A stretch of 63,957 nucleotides of DNA, filler included, from Basidioascus undulatus (taxonomy: Eukaryota), in the NCBI GenBank assembly GCA_000826855.1. It is 3 parts of 3 records of this genome, joined end to end, with 100 filler letters (N's around TTAATTAATTAA, not from the genome) between each part and the next. Parts side by side here need not be neighbours in the genome. Positions count along the whole stretch, not along the records: positions 43,856 to 63,957 come from JTLS01000381.1; 2 more parts are not named here. The stretch is one strand, 5' to 3'. Made by a program: the position numbers and the translations under genes. Shown here in pieces: positions 63,291 to 63,957 of the stretch. The notes below the pieces were generated by a model. That model was not told the DNA's origin, did not search any database, and worked only from the letters and a program-made list of their open reading frames with translations. Within the stretch, counting starts at the first letter, position 1. Each line of letters opens with the position of its first letter.

Positions 63291-63489
63291 TGAATGAATT
63301 GTAGGAGGATGTTGGCAAGAAGGCAAACTGAGAAGTAGAAGATATAGTTGTGTGAATGGTGGAAGAGTAGGCAAGCCTAATATTCTTCTAGAGGACAATA
63401 GTGGAAGAGCTTGTCCTGTGAGGCAAGATGTGTGAGATAGCAGGGGCAAATCAAGAGAGGCAAGGCACACTTTTTACATGCAGGGGATG

Positions 63490-63900
63490 GTGGATGTCAT
63501 GTGACAAATGACATGTGACAAATGTGACGAATTGTTCCATACTCGCCCAAATGCCGGAATGCCAACTTCTTTTAGCTGTATTAACTAGTTCTTGCTCTAT
63601 CAATTGTTTCTAGCATGCATGCTTGCCAGAACTGTACCTTCACAAAATAAGTTATGACGCTATTGTCATGGGTGTCCATAAAACACACATGCCTAGTGAA
63701 AAGCAGTGCACATGCAAAGATTTGCATGTACAATGAGTGCACAAGCAGAATGGTGCCTGCATCCAATGAGAGCATGAGCAGATCAGTGCCTGCATCCAAA
63801 GGGTGCACAGGTGGAACAGTGCACATCTCTGGTGTGCAAGGCAGGACAGTCCACATTTGGGTGTGCATCCAGTGAGTGTGTCATGAATACCCTCCCTCCC
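63490..63900. repeat. Degenerate repeat-containing CpG-poor sequence (possible TE remnant)
   Basis: CATGTGACAAATG x2, GTGCCTGCATCCAA x2 and a related GTGCATCCA; TG/CA-rich with very few CG. Confidence 0.4.
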
Positions 63901-63957
63901 TTCACCAAGGACATCTACACCCTCCCCTACCCTCTCCCTATTGTCACCTTCCTTTGT

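Overview
GC-rich, intron-dense eukaryotic DNA, most consistent with a basidiomycete fungus. It has short GT-AG introns (GTGCGT/GTACGT/GTAAGC donors, CTGAC/CTAAC branch points, some AAG acceptors) and many micro-exons; a Pucciniomycotina-like source is an inference only. Two 100-nt N gaps containing an artificial TTAATTAATTAA spacer split the window into three contigs. Conserved genes that read as intact are RRP8, VPS15, SLC1, an RNF216-like RBR E3 ligase, a DHA2 MFS transporter, a YFH7-like kinase, SRP14, an Atg14/UVRAG-type subunit and MOB4/phocein. An inositol 5-phosphatase and a DUF726 gene are cut by a gap. Between these lie accessory genes that are frameshifted or decaying (ABC transporter, two F-box/LRR genes, AA9 LPMO, SET protein, chromodomain relic, one of two small secreted paralogues) or that have lost catalytic residues (microbial-type PARG macrodomain, AKAP7-like 2H protein, alpha/beta hydrolase). 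The most notable observations are the RBR catalytic cysteine on a 4-nt micro-exon, the 5-phosphatase GQE motif on a 13-nt micro-exon, an over-long and apparently structured VPS15 intron, and a 2H/F-box/PARG pseudo-enzyme cluster. Exon models were read by eye, family calls rest on recalled motifs rather than database searches, and pseudogene ends are approximate. No rRNA, tRNA or CRISPR array was recognised.
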